Assembly (NCBI RefSeq): GCF_964355755.1
Contig: NC_092679.1
Coordinates: 92,201-156,200 of the forward strand
Reading direction: 5' to 3'
DNA: 64,000 nucleotides
Source of the DNA: Antedon mediterranea
Lineage: Eukaryota; Animalia; Echinodermata
Part shown: positions 21,461-34,021 of the stretch, one piece after another
How the letters are laid out: the number at the start of each line of letters is the position of its first letter
Position numbering within the stretch: position 1 is the first letter of the stretch
The notes under the pieces: generated by a model
Databases searched by the model: none
What the model was told of the DNA's origin: nothing
What the model saw: only the letters and a program-made list of their open reading frames with translations
Translations under genes and position numbers: made by a program

Positions 21461-21579
21461 GTTAACTTTAATGAATGCGTTTTACGTCCAATACGTGGAT
21501 GGGTTGCAGGTTTGCTTGGTTAACTTTAATGAATGCGTTTTACGTCCAATACGTGGATGGGTTGCAGGTTTGCTTGGTT
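21461..21579. repeat. Two-copy tandem duplication (~58 bp)
   Basis: TTAACTTTAATGAATGCGTTTTACGTCCAATACGTGGATGGGTTGCAGGTTTGCTTGGT occurs twice. Confidence 0.85.
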
Positions 21580-22579
21580 TTGTATATCCCTTGGCCTTTA
21601 GACAATATAATGAACACGTGACCTATGGCGGCTGCCTTTATGCTGTCCCATTGGATCAAATTATCAAAACACTTTCTAATTTAACATTTTACTTTGCGTT
21701 AATAATGATGATATGGCGAAACAGACGTTGGTAATAATATCGAACTGGAGGAAGCCTTTTAATAAAACGAGATACACGCGATAACTTAATTGGATTTTCG
21801 TCGTCATTCCTACGTATATTGTCGTTTACAAAATAAGACATCCAACGCCAAAACCCTCTTTTTTGTAACTTTTATTTTACAATTCTAAAACCATTTTAAG
21901 ACACAGCATTCACATCTCTGTTTGTGTTCTAAAACCTTTTTACAACTGAATTTGTATTTCTTTATTCATGAGTTTTAACACGGTTCAATTTTGTTGAACA
22001 TTAATGTACACCATATCACCATTGCACGAGTTATGTTAGTCCACAAATTCGATTTGTAACAGGCAGTACATATAAATTATTGTAACTAATACCTTTTGTC
22101 ATGGTGATTGTATTTAGTATAATATAGTAGTTGGGTGCATCCGTACATCAATCGTTGATAAGAATGTGCTTAAAATGGTGTCAGTAATTGCATTAAATAA
22201 GCCAGTCCAAGTTACATCAGTCAAACATCGTGATAATAAATAAAACTTGTACAGTACAATTATTTTATACGTTCAAACTTTCATCACATTTTACAAAACA
22301 ATATTACCTGGATACAATCTCACCAGTTACACTTATAACACTATGCTTTTGTTTTTGCGTAAAAATTAATAATCAGTAACATAACTATTTGATGCTAATT
22401 TGAGTTTCTGGCGTTACATGCGATCGAACAGAAAACACCAATGCTACACCTCCAATAGATTGTTTAAAACCACGAGAACTCACCATATAACTCGACAAAA
22501 CCACGAGAACTCACCATATAACTCGACAAAACCACTATAATCGATGATTTTCAGCTGCATTTTTATTATTTCTTATCTC

Positions 22580-22984
22580 TCAGATTCGCTTAAATATGCG
22601 TGTGCAAGTAATGGTTCCTTTCGTACATTTTACGTACATTTCGTCACCAATTAACTCACGTGTTACGATATGCGGTGGATCCGCCTTTTCAACTTCTTGA
22701 AACACAAGCTTGTCTCCTTCCCAACTTACAACCACCCTTACTTTCTCTCTAGTTGGAGATATATCTTCGAATGGCTCTCCAATTCGAAAGTTCTGAACAT
22801 GTGTAGTAATAATAGGAACATTCATTTTAATAACGAAATCGTCGGCGTTTTGTTCAATTTCGCAAGTTGGTGACATAAGTGCGGCAGTTTTCCGCAATGC
22901 TGTTCCGACACCCATGGCTTTCATGTATTGTTCAAAGTTTTCACTGCTGCTAAGTTTGTATTTTCCAGCAAAATTAACAACCAT
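22580..22984 (-). CDS. Intracellular lipid-binding protein (FABP/CRABP family), intronless, 134 aa
   Basis: Single ORF: NFAGKYKLSSSENFEQYMKAMGVG, NFRIGEPFE, WEGDKL, IVTREL, CTRIF. Confidence 0.92.
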   Translation of the reverse strand: MVVNFAGKYKLSSSENFEQYMKAMGVGTALRKTAALMSPTCEIEQNADDFVIKMNVPIITTHVQNFRIGEPFEDISPTREKVRVVVSWEGDKLVFQEVEKADPPHIVTRELIGDEMYVKCTKGTITCTRIFKRI

Positions 22985-24546
22985 TGTTGCGGTTATAGTG
23001 TTATTGTTTAACAGTAACTTTGTGACTGGTTCCCGTTTAGTATCGGCAGTCGCTAAAACTAGTAACCGAGTGAATGAACGTTGTCATTTATGGTATGGAA
23101 GGCAGTACCTAATATTATTATCGCAATTGTCATCACCTGACAGTGATCCGCTATACAATTCCAAGCCTACATTTAACGCATGCTATTATTGGTCGGAACA
23201 AACCGCTTAGTATAGTCTGCTTCCAATCGTTTACTGTTCTCTTGAGAGTTAATGCACTTCAACTTGATTTGTCGGGGACATGGCGCGTCTATAATTCAAT
23301 CTAATGCGACAATTTTTTAAGAACATCACACATGTCTATTGACTATGGTAAACAGGAACGGAACTATTCTCTCAGCTCTGCTTCAGACCGCCGTAAAATA
23401 GGGCCTGCTGGCAAGAAACCGTTTCAAAACAATTTTTTTCTGGTGTTGGTGCATGATAATTTATTAACGATTGAATACCCATGTATCGCGGTAAGAATTG
23501 CAGAGATTTTTTTCTTCTGTGGTTTACGCTACCTTTATTCGATTTTAATGTTATTTAGCGCCCTCATACTTCTAAGAACACCCGACGTCGTGTTATAATG
23601 TCAGAAATAGGAACAAATCAATATAGAGCATTTGTAAAGATGTGCCGATGCGTCGGATTAAGTTTGTAATATAAAGGGATAGGCATAATGCAGGCATCTG
23701 TTTCATTGTTTTATGATAGTGTACAAATATTAGGCTTAGCAGTCACGTGTGTGACCCGCGGTGTTGCTATCATGAATTACATGCCTCGATGGCTCGCACA
23801 CTTAATAATTGCAGATTGCAGCCAGCAGAGAGGAGAGAGCAGAGAGAGAGAGATGATGAAATGCCATGCAATGAAAAACGCCCTCTACACACACACGTTG
23901 AGTGCTGCATGCTGCGAGGCTCTAGCTGCATGTGTTTTTTGCCAAGTAATAAAACGGGTGTCACACATATTGTTGGGTAAATGTAATTGTATTTCAAGTT
24001 ATTCTTTTACATAAAGTGTTAAATTGATCAACCTCCGTTAGTCGGTACTAGCTAGCTACACTAACTACAGTAGTAGGTCTAGGCATATATGTTGGGGAGA
24101 CCTAGAGCTAGCCCTAAACTAACCTGGGGATCCCTAAGCTGTCTGTACCAAAACAACTAGGCCTAGCTAGGCCTACTAGAGGGCCAGGCCTAGCCTAGGT
24201 AGGCCCTAGGCCTATATAGGCTAGGCCTACTCTACTGTTGTCTTAGCAATATAAGCTACTGTATTTCTATTGTAAGCCGGACTGCTATACCTACTTTATT
24301 TATTTACTTTATTTTTTAAACATTTTTTATTATCCTGTCTGTTAAACCCTTTTTAACTGGTGGTGGTCATGACTTAAAGTTGTCCGCAACTTATTTTGAC
24401 CTCCATCTGCACATTTGTGATGTTTTTATGTTTATTGTAATTTTTAAGTTATGTGTAATTTTTTATTTTTTTCTTAACCAATAAAACAAACAAACAAACA
24501 ACTTATTACTGGCCTGGACCTAGACTAGAGAGAGGAGATAGGCCTA

Positions 24547-25100
24547 ATATTATATATGGACCTATTGCGATAACTTTGTTCGTCATTAAATGGTTAAAAA
24601 TGTGAAAATTAAGTCGATTCTAATAATTATAGCGGCCCGCTATAAATCCCAAAATGCATTGCGTACGGATTGATATTTTTGTTTTTCTTCTGTAATTCAC
24701 CCACTTTTCGATCGATTGTGTGGCCAAAACAAATGGACTTCTAACTTTTTAGCGAAAATACTTTTCCCCAATTTGTATCAACGAAGTTTGGCAAAAATAG
24801 AAAGACAAATGCAGCAATTATACAACATCAGGCTAGGTATATAGCTAGCATACGATGTTCGTATGTTACCAATGTTTACCAGCTTGGCCTACAAAACTAA
24901 CCCTAGCTAGGCTAGGCCTAAAGACTGTCCACGAGAGGTCATTCGTCGCAAGCTACTTAGGTAGTGCATTGTTTCTCACTTTTTATCATAATTTACCATA
25001 AAACGTACATTTAAGACAAGGAATGACCTGGTTTAATGTTTTTAAAGTAATATATATGTATTATTTTTACAAAACGTCACAAATTTTAGGGAAGGTGTCT
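24547..25100. mobile_element. Transposon family A, copy 2 (left end truncated)
   Basis: Colinear with ~4415-4977; ends AGGGAAGGTGTCT|TTAA. Confidence 0.85.
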
Positions 25101-25267
25101 TTAAAAGTATAATTATTGTTCATAATTAATAATAGGTCTATTTTATAGGCCTAGCCTATAAAAAGTTATATTCAACCAATTCGAGATACATTAGTAAATA
25201 CAATTCAATGTTGCTTATATTGTATTAATAAATATGTTAATAATATGAATTTTGAAATCAAGAAACA

Positions 25268-28200
25268 ATGACTGAAGTTGAAAAACAGGTTGACGACATG
25301 AAGATTGAAGAGAACAAAAATGATGAGGAAGAGGATGATGTTAATCCATGGTCTGTTGTTTCAAAGTCAGACAAAGGGGTTGATTATGATAAACTTATAA
25401 GTAAGTACTAATTGAATAACTGTGTTTATAAATTTATTGATCTAGTAGCAGCTAGTACTCCATTGACAAGTTAAGTCCGCCAAAAGTACTCGATCAAAAC
25501 CATTATCAACAATTTATCCATCTAGTAACAGGTAGTACTCCTATGGCAAGCTAAGTCTGCCAAAAGTACTCAATCAAAACCATTATTAACAATTTATCCA
25601 TCTAGTAACAGGTAGTACTCCTATGGCAAGCTAAGTCTGCCAAAAGTACTCAATCAAAACCATTATCAACAATGTATTCATCTAGGAACAGCTAGTACTC
25701 CTATGGCAAGCTAAGTCTGCCAAAAGTACTCAATCAAAACCATTTATCAACAATTTATCCATCTAGTAACAGCTAGTACTCCTATGGCAAGCTAAGTCTG
25801 CCAAAAGTACTCAATCAAAACCATTTATCAACAATTTATTCATCTAGTATGGTACAAAGTGGCTCTCCATACTATCAGTAAAACTTACAGTGCAGAAATG
25901 TTGCAAAAAAGCACACTATTTATTTACTGTACTTTCTTTTTTTTTTTTTTTAATAATTAGTATCTTTAACATCATTTCAGAGCGGTTCGGTAGTACAAAA
26001 ATTGACCAAGTACTGATAGATAGAATAGCATTGTTAACCAAACAAACACCACATCGCTTCTTACGTAGGGGGATATTTTTTTCCCAAAGGTAAGTTATTT
26101 TTCAAACATTATTACTGTCGGTACATATTTCTTTTGTTTATACAGTATTATGTATATAGACAGTTTTTCTAAAATAAATGTTAAAAAAAAATGTGAAACA
26201 TTAACCATCAATATTATTATTTTTGTTGTTAAAGTTTTTTTTAGTTTTTATGTTGTATTTTTGTTTTCAGAGATATGCATCGGTTACTTGACAGGGTTGA
26301 GAAACAAAAGCCATTCTTTTTGTATACTGGAAGAGGCCCATCATCCGAAGCACTTCATTTAGGGCATATTGTACCTTTTATCTTTACTAAGTAAGTCCTT
26401 CACATATACTTGTTGATAAGAATATTTTCATGGTGTATATCTATTCTAGGTTCATGCTGTAGGTCATCCAATTTCTATTGTCTCATATTTTTAAACTTTT
26501 AAATTGTCTATCTTCTGCCATATATTATTGTTATGCGTGTTTGATTTGTTTGTTTATGCTGTTTATTGTGATTGTCTTTGCTGTTTTTTAAAGGACCCCA
26601 ATTGAAATAAGTTTTTTTTTTCGACTTTATGGGCTATCCTTGCTTTCTAATTTAATGTAGTTGCTTGTAAATTGATTGTATTCATATTGTCTTGGAATCT
26701 TGTGTTGTTGAAACCAAATTAAATCAAACCAACCAAATATTCAAGTTTTGTAGGCATAACTTTGTATGTAAATATAGTTTTGGTAGATTTCTGTTATTTT
26801 ATTAATTATTTATTTCAGATGGCTTCAGGATGCATTTGATGTTCCTTTAGTTATACAACTTACAGATGATGAAAAGTTTTTGTGGAAAGATTTGAAAGTG
26901 GAAGAAGCAAACAGATTAGCTATAGAGAATGTCAAGGACATCATCGCGATGGGATTTGATAAGGACAAGACTTTTATTTTCTCAGATATTAACTATATTG
27001 GGTAAGTTCAAGTAAAGAGCTTAAAGACACCTTCCCTATGTTTTTTAGATCTAATTTAAGATCACAAACTATATTTAATGTAAAAATAATACTATATGGT
27101 CCTATTACGATAACTTTTTTCGTCTTTAAATGGTTAAAAATGTGAAAAATAAGTCGCTTCTAATAATTATAGCGGCCCGCTATAAATCCCAAAATGCATT
27201 GCGCGCGGATTGATATTTTTGTTTTTCTTCTGTAATTCACCCACTTTTCGATCGATCATGAGACCAAAACAAATGGAAAACTCCCAACTTTTCAGCGAAA
27301 ATACCGGGTTTTCCCAAATTTGTATCAACGTAGTCTGACAAAAATAGAAAGACAATTAATGCAGCAACTATACAACATCAGGCTAGGTATATAGCTAGCG
27401 TACGATGTTTGTACGTTACCGATATTTACCACCTAGGCCTACAAAACTAACCCTAGCTAGGCCAGGCCTAAAGACCATCCAAGAGAGGTCACTCGTCGCG
27501 AGCTACTTAGATAGTGCATTGTTTCTCACTTTTTATCATAATTTACAATAAAACGTACATTTAAGTTTTGGTTTAATGTTTTTAAAGTAATATATATGTA
27601 TTATTTTTACAAAACGTCACAAATTGTAGGGAAGGTGTCTTTAATATGTATATTTAAAGCTTTGCTAGTTTAGTTGATTACGTATGTAAGATTTTGATCA
27701 CTGATCAATACTGTTTGTATCTTTCAGCTCATGTTCAGAATTTTACAAGAATATGCTACGTGTTCAAAAGTGTGTAACATTTAACCAAGCCAGAGGTATA
27801 TTTGGATTTGTTGATACTGATTGTATAGGTAAGATCTTGTGTTTAATAAATAAATATCTATTTAGCAGTTTGCCACTTCTTGCCACTTAGCAGTTTGCCA
27901 CTTCTTGCCATTTAGCAGTTTGCCACTTCTTCAAACATCCAATTATATCTGTGATTTAATTTTTAATATTTTTCTTTCAGGTAAAATAAGTTTCCCATCA
28001 ATCCAAGCAGCGCCATCTTTCAGTAGCTCATTTCCTCATATATTTGGTAACAAGAAGGATATTCCATGTTTGATTCCATGTGCAATAGATCAGGTAAGTT
28101 AGAGTTAACAAGAAGGATATTCCATGTTTGATTCCATGTGCAATAGATCAGGTAGGTTAGAGTTAACAAGAAGGATATTCCATGTTTGATTCCATGTGCA

Positions 28201-31200
28201 ATAGATCAGGTAGGTTAGAGTTAACAAGAAGGATATTTCATGTTTGATTCCATGTGCAATAGATCATCAGGTAGGTTAGAGTTAACAAGAAGGATATTCC
28301 ATGTTTTATTCCATGTGCAATAGGTAGTTTTCTTCATAAAACATCAAACAATTACAAATACAATAAAATAAGGGAATTGAAGACAATAAAAAGGAATTCA
28401 TATATAGGGTTGTGCCAATTAGTGTTTGTTTTAATCTATTGCAGAATTTGTTGTTAATGGAATGAAGAAAAATTGTTTTATAGTGTTTAATGAACTTTGT
28501 GTTGCATGCTTTAGTATGTTCTTCTATGAATGTAAAATTTAATGCACAGTTACTTTTACAATTGCTTTTAGGATCCATATTTCAGAATGACACGTGATGT
28601 TGCTCCACGATTGAAATACCCAAAGCCTGCCCTCATTCACTCAACATTTTTCCCCGCACTTCAAGGAGCCAAAACTAAGATGAGCGCAAGTGATGCTAAT
28701 TCTTCCATTTTTCTTACTGACACAAAAAATCAAATTAAAAATAAGGTAAGAATTTTTTTGAAGATGTTTTCCAGTAAATGTAGTTTCTATTCTACAACTA
28801 AGTATGCTAAAAAAACAAATTTAAACACTTAATGTGATTGCTGCTGTATGGCCACTTGTTTTGAGGACAACATATTGTCTAATTACTTATATTTCTGTGT
28901 TTATGTTCTTTTACATAGATAAACAAGTATGCATTTTCTGGTGGTTGCGCAACAATTGAGGAACATCGTGAAAAAGGAGGAGATTGCGATGTAGACATTT
29001 CTTACCAATATCTTACATTTTTTCTTGAAGATGATGAGCAGTTGGAAAAAATTAAACAGGTATATGTTCTGTTTCTTTTATTTTAACAGATATATGTTTC
29101 ATAACTGTATATATATATAACTGTATATATATGTTTCATAACTGTTAGTGTCCATAGAAAAAAAAAATTATGAATCAATTTGTATACAGTACAGCCTTTA
29201 TTTTGTAGACAAGTTGGTTACCATAACAACTGCCTAAAAAGTAGTTATTCAGCATCTTGTTGTGTTGTCTATATTTAATATTATTCAAAACAACTACTAC
29301 TGCTTTTATTTGAAATCAAAATGTATATATCCTACATTCTGCGTAAAGCATTACTCTCATTGTCTTAGTTACCTACTTATAAGTGATTTAGAATGTAGTT
29401 ACTAAACACTAGAATACTACCGATACAATTCTTAAATGAATGTGAAGATTGATATATACACAGGTTTCCAGTATATTAATTTAATGGATATTTTATGCAT
29501 ACTGTAGAAATGTAACGCAGTCAACCATGCACATAGATGTATTGCTAATGAAAAATATGAAATGTCTTTTTAGACTTACTGCTGTGGCCTATTCCTACAA
29601 TATTAAAGTTCAGTACATGCAGGCTTAGTATTATTCACCCCAGTGTTTATGTATTGATAAACAATCATTCTTAGTAGGCATATTATATGGCATATTTTCA
29701 ACTTTTTGTAGACCACCTGATTATTAATTTTTAATCTTGTATATTTTCATGTTGATACATACATATTACTCTGTCTGGTGTACATTTTACTTACAATTTC
29801 TTTATTGTGACACATACACTCTACAGTATATACAATGTTTATGTTACTTGGCATCTTTATATATCTCCATAAGTTTGTGTTTATCCTTTTAATTGCTTCT
29901 CAGTGAGTTTAAACTCTTCAATAATTAAACATGATAAGTCACATGATTACACTAGATCAAAAGTCATTCTAGTGTAGAGGTGAAACCAGGTGTGAACACG
30001 ATTCTAATGGCACATGATTACACTAGATCAAAGGTCATTCTAGTGTAGAGGTGAAACCAGGTGTGAACACGATTCTAATGGCACATGATTACACTAGATC
30101 AAAAGTCATTCTAGTGTAGAGGTAAAACCAGGTGTGAACACAATTCTAATGGCACATGATTACACTAGATCAAAAGTCATTCTAGTGTAGAGGTGAAACC
30201 AGGTGTGAACACGATTCTAATGGCACATGATTACACTAGATCAAAAGTCATTCTAGTGTAGAGGTAAAACCAGGTGTGAACACCATTCTAATGGCACATG
30301 ATTACACTAGATCAAAAGTCATTCTAGTGTAGAGGTGAAACCAGGTGTGAACACGATTCTAATGGCACATGATTACACTAGATCAAAAGTCATTCTAGTG
30401 TAGAGAGGTGAAACCAGGTGTGAACACGATTCTAATGGCACATGATTACACTAGATCAAAGGTCATTCTAGTGTAGAGGTGAAACCAGGTGTGAACACGA
30501 TTCTAATGGCACATGATTACACTAGATCAAAAGTCATTCTAGTGTAGAGGTGAAACCAGGTGTGAACACGATTCTAATGGCACATGATTACACTAGATCA
30601 AAAGTCATTCTAGTGTAGAGGTGAAACCAGGTGTGAACACGATTCTAATGGCACATGATTACACTAGATCAAAAGTCATTCTAGTGTAGAGGTGAAACCA
30701 GGTGTGAACACGATTCTAATGGCACATGATTACACTAGATCAAAAGTCATTCTAGTGTAGAGGTGAAACCAGGTGTGAACACGATTCTAATGGCACATGA
30801 TTACACTAGATCAAAAGTCATTCTAGTGTAGAGGGGAAACCAGGTGTGAACACGATTCTAATGGCACATGATTACACTAGATCAAAAGTCATTCTAGTGT
30901 AGAGGTGAAACCAGGTGTGAACACGATTCTGATAGAAGCTTTTTTTCTTATTCCCATATTGTGAAAGTTGTTAGCATACCATAATACCGCTGTATGTACC
31001 CAGTACAATATTTTTGTATGTGCCATCCACACCTGTGCGCAATTCAGCTCAGTTAGGCTGCAAGTCACAGGTTGTTTCCCCACATTCATGTTATGTTCTT
31101 TCTACCATACATCAAAGTCAAAGAATGTTCTTAGCATAGCATAAAACTTCTGCTGTGTGTGTACCCAGTGCAGTTTTCACTTTAAACATGGGAAGAATTA

Positions 31201-32252
31201 GTTTACATTGTGGCTTCAATATCAATCTACCCCAAATTGTTCACAGCCTCGTCTTAGTTTTATTACATAATGTATTTTTGTTATTATAGAATAATTCACA
31301 GATCTGTATATTCTAATTTGACCCTTAATGAGTTGCAGAATGAAAAACGAACTAATTCATTAGTGTTAATTTATTTACTGTCCATTTCACAAGATTGATT
31401 CAAGTCTTTGGACAAAGGTCATTAAAGGTCAATAAAAGCTGTTCATTTTCAGTAATCAATATTTGTGAGTGGTCACTTGTAAGTAGTCATCCAAAGTACA
31501 GCTTTTACAACACCACAGATATTGAAAATAATTATTTTTGGTTTAAAATGAGCATTATATTTATGAGGACAATTCACAATTGAGTTACTAGCCTTGACTG
31601 ACCTTTATAATTTTGATAAATTATTGAGAATAAATAACTAACAGGGCCATTTAATCCCTATTATACTATCAATAACATGTAGAATATAACAAACGAATAT
31701 AGTTGGTAGCATCTATCCAGATTTGTGCAAAATACCACTGATTCACCTTTATTTAGTCATCAATACAATTACAGTGTATAATTGATGGTAAGAATTTTGC
31801 ACATAGAAGTTTACCATTCTGTTTTTGCAAAAGACCCTTTTACATAAATCATAACAAAATAAACAGAAACATAAATAAAAGTAAAAGAGGAACGTCATTT
31901 CCTATTATATAAGTGTTGTTCATCAGCATAGTAAAGGTTGTATACATTATCAACTCATAAATAGTTCGTCTTTCATTACTTCTTAAAGGTATATTTTTAG
32001 CAGTTTTTATTATTTTACTTACCTCAATAGATTGTATATAATATGATGTGTATTTCTGTGCATGTATCATTATTTTATTTGTATACATTTTAGGATTATA
32101 CTAGTGGAAAGATGTTAACTGGCGAAATTAAGAAGGTACTTATCGAGGTCTTGCAGGAAGTGGTAGCAACTCATCAAGAAAATAGAAAGTTAGTCACACC
32201 TGAAATCATCAAAGAGTTTATGACACCAAGAAAGCTTAAGTATACATTCTGA
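25268..32252 (+). CDS. WARS1: Tryptophanyl-tRNA synthetase, cytoplasmic, 9 coding exons, ~410 aa
   Basis: Exons 25268-25400, 25981-26089, 26271-26390, 26819-27001, 27728-27828, 27981-28093, 28572-28745, 28919-29059, 32094-32252 (1233 nt). Motifs: [35 protein letters not shown] (HIGH), [24 protein letters not shown] (KMSKS), [14 protein letters not shown]. Confidence 0.97.
25441..25848. repeat. ~80-bp tandem repeat, ~5 copies, in a WARS intron
   Basis: Unit TCTAGTAACAGSTAGTACTCCTATGGCAAGCTAAGTCTGCCAAAAGTACTCAATCAAAACCATTATCAACAATTTATCCA at 25441, 25521, 25601, 25681 and 25762. Confidence 0.93.
26540..26735 (+). mobile_element. Retroelement (LINE/SINE) 3'-end fragment
   Basis: AGGACCCCAATTGAAATAAG-T(n)-CGACTTTATGGGCTATCCT...GTTGAAACC-AAATTAAATCAAACCAACC tail. 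Its reverse complement matches both flanks of the 40-bp array at 60240-61600. Confidence 0.6.
27025..27640. mobile_element. Transposon family A, copy 3 (complete; Kolobok-like)
   Basis: TTAA|AGACACCTTCCCTA ... TAGGGAAGGTGTCT|TTAA: perfect 14-bp TIR and TTAA TSD. Inserted ~20 bp after a WARS splice donor. Confidence 0.9.
28049..28326 (+). repeat. 58-bp tandem repeat (~4.7 copies) spanning the WARS exon 6 3' end and its splice donor
   Basis: Unit AACAAGAAGGATATTCCATGTTTGATTCCATGTGCAATAGATCAG|GTARGTTAGAGTT at 28049, 28107, 28165, 28223 and ~28284. Confidence 0.95.
29940..30930. repeat. 71-bp minisatellite, ~14 copies, in the last WARS intron
   Basis: Unit CACATGATTACACTAGATCAAAAGTCATTCTAGTGTAGAGGTGAAACCAGGTGTGAACACGATTCTAATGG, with an internal 9-bp inverted pair TACACTAGA/TCTAGTGTA. 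Confidence 0.97.
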
Positions 32253-33890
32253 ACTAATACACTCTATCTTAACTGTTTATGTGGATATTATTATAGGTCT
32301 TTTACTAACATTAATTTAATGAATATATTATAAGGGAAAGCATTCATTGTGTTAAAATTGAGGCACAAGCATAATTAAAATCATCTATTAGTGATGCTAG
32401 AGTGAATTTTATTTCTTTTTTATAAAATCATCTGGTATATGAAAAATAACTGCAGTGAAAACATATTGAAATAAATTATGTTATTAAACATTTAAAAAAA
32501 ATAAATGTTTACTTTTATATTAATTTGATAATTATTTTTTAGCAGATTGTGTTTAAATTTACAATTGTTGAAAATAAAATTATGTAATTCATCAATCAAA
32601 ACTGAAAAATAAAAGGGTTTTCTCAATTACTAAATATGACCTTACTTAGTCCATGCTTAGTCTAAGTAAGTCTTGCTGACGTCAATATATTGAATAATCT
32701 TTTTTTGGTTTGCTAATATCTACTCAGCTAATACTGCTGATATATCTCAAGCTTTATTTTTATATACACTGTCTAATGAAACAGATGTCTGTAAATTGTT
32801 CTGTATGGATCATTAAACTGGGATATTCTATTAATCCAAACCAGGATGTTGTGACTTTTATTATTATTGACAGAAGTAATTTATTCACTGATCAAAAAAA
32901 ATTGTCCTTATGTATCCATCAAGTTGGCTACATTAAAATATTTATAGCACTATTATAGAGCATACATTATTACACTGTCCTTGTATATCCATCTACATCC
33001 TAAACATTACTTTTATTAGATGTTTAAGTACAGCAGATCATGTTTGAATTTTACAAAAATTGATAATTTCTGTCTCATTATGATGAAGATGATGAATGAA
33101 TTGGTCGCAGCGACAGTGATTAATATTCCAAGTTTATTCGCTACTATATTATTAATTTATCTACTAAAAATAATGTGAAGTGCTTATCTATAATATTTAA
33201 CAGTGGTACCACTACTTATTTTAGATGTACTGGCTTTATTGAATTGAATGATTTATTTATTACGAGAGGTACTAGTGTTTTTATTACAGCAGACTTTATT
33301 ATTACATGCTGTATATATCCTGTAAATCGGATTAAATGTTATTTATCATTTCTTTGATTACAACTACATAAAACAAAACATGTATCAATCAATTTTGTGA
33401 TAAATTGTAATTTTTTTTATATATATAATCTTAAATGTTTTTGTGGATTGTGACTCTTGATAAATATGTAATGTAATACAAATTATACCTAACAAGTCGC
33501 GAGTAAAGTGTAAATAAATATAAAATGAGAGATTAGCATTTTGACATGAACTATGTTAACGTACCATATTCAGAATATGAAAATCGGTACATGACGCTGC
33601 TGCACAGTTATCACGTGAGCAGTGTTATAATTATCACGTTCAATATATCATGTTGATCCATTCCAAATTGAGTTTATTTTTAGAATATAAACAATTTAGT
33701 CAAAACAATTTCGAAAATGTTGGAAAATTAGGGATTAATGGTGACGTAATAACGTAGATTTCCGCCGTCCTGCGGTATAAAACAGATTTGAAAATTGGAG
33801 CTACGTACGTTGACATTGGTTATTATTCCATCCAAAGTACGGTTCCATTTGTAACGCCTCATGTTGGTGCTGGTCTTTGCGGTGACGTAA

Positions 33891-34021
33891 AGCTCTGTCT
33901 ACACTATCAAACTTTATGTAATGTGCCCATATATGGACATGATGATGTCATATAACAACCATATTTGGGCATATCACTACCATATTTGGGCACATAAGAC
34001 TTTGATATTGTAGACAGAGCT
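33891..34021. mobile_element. Short MITE with TAA target duplication (Harbinger/Tourist-like)
   Basis: TAA|AGCTCTGTCTACACTATCAAA ... TTTGATATTGTAGACAGAGCT|TAA. Confidence 0.8.

Noticed and set aside
23688-24014. Cys-rich ORFs upstream of WARS
   Set aside because: Overlapping ORFs in several frames through (AG)n/(AC)n microsatellites with no recognisable domain; more likely promoter or 5' UTR.
32700-33360. Possible decayed coding sequence downstream of WARS
   Set aside because: All frames have frequent stops and no recognisable motif.
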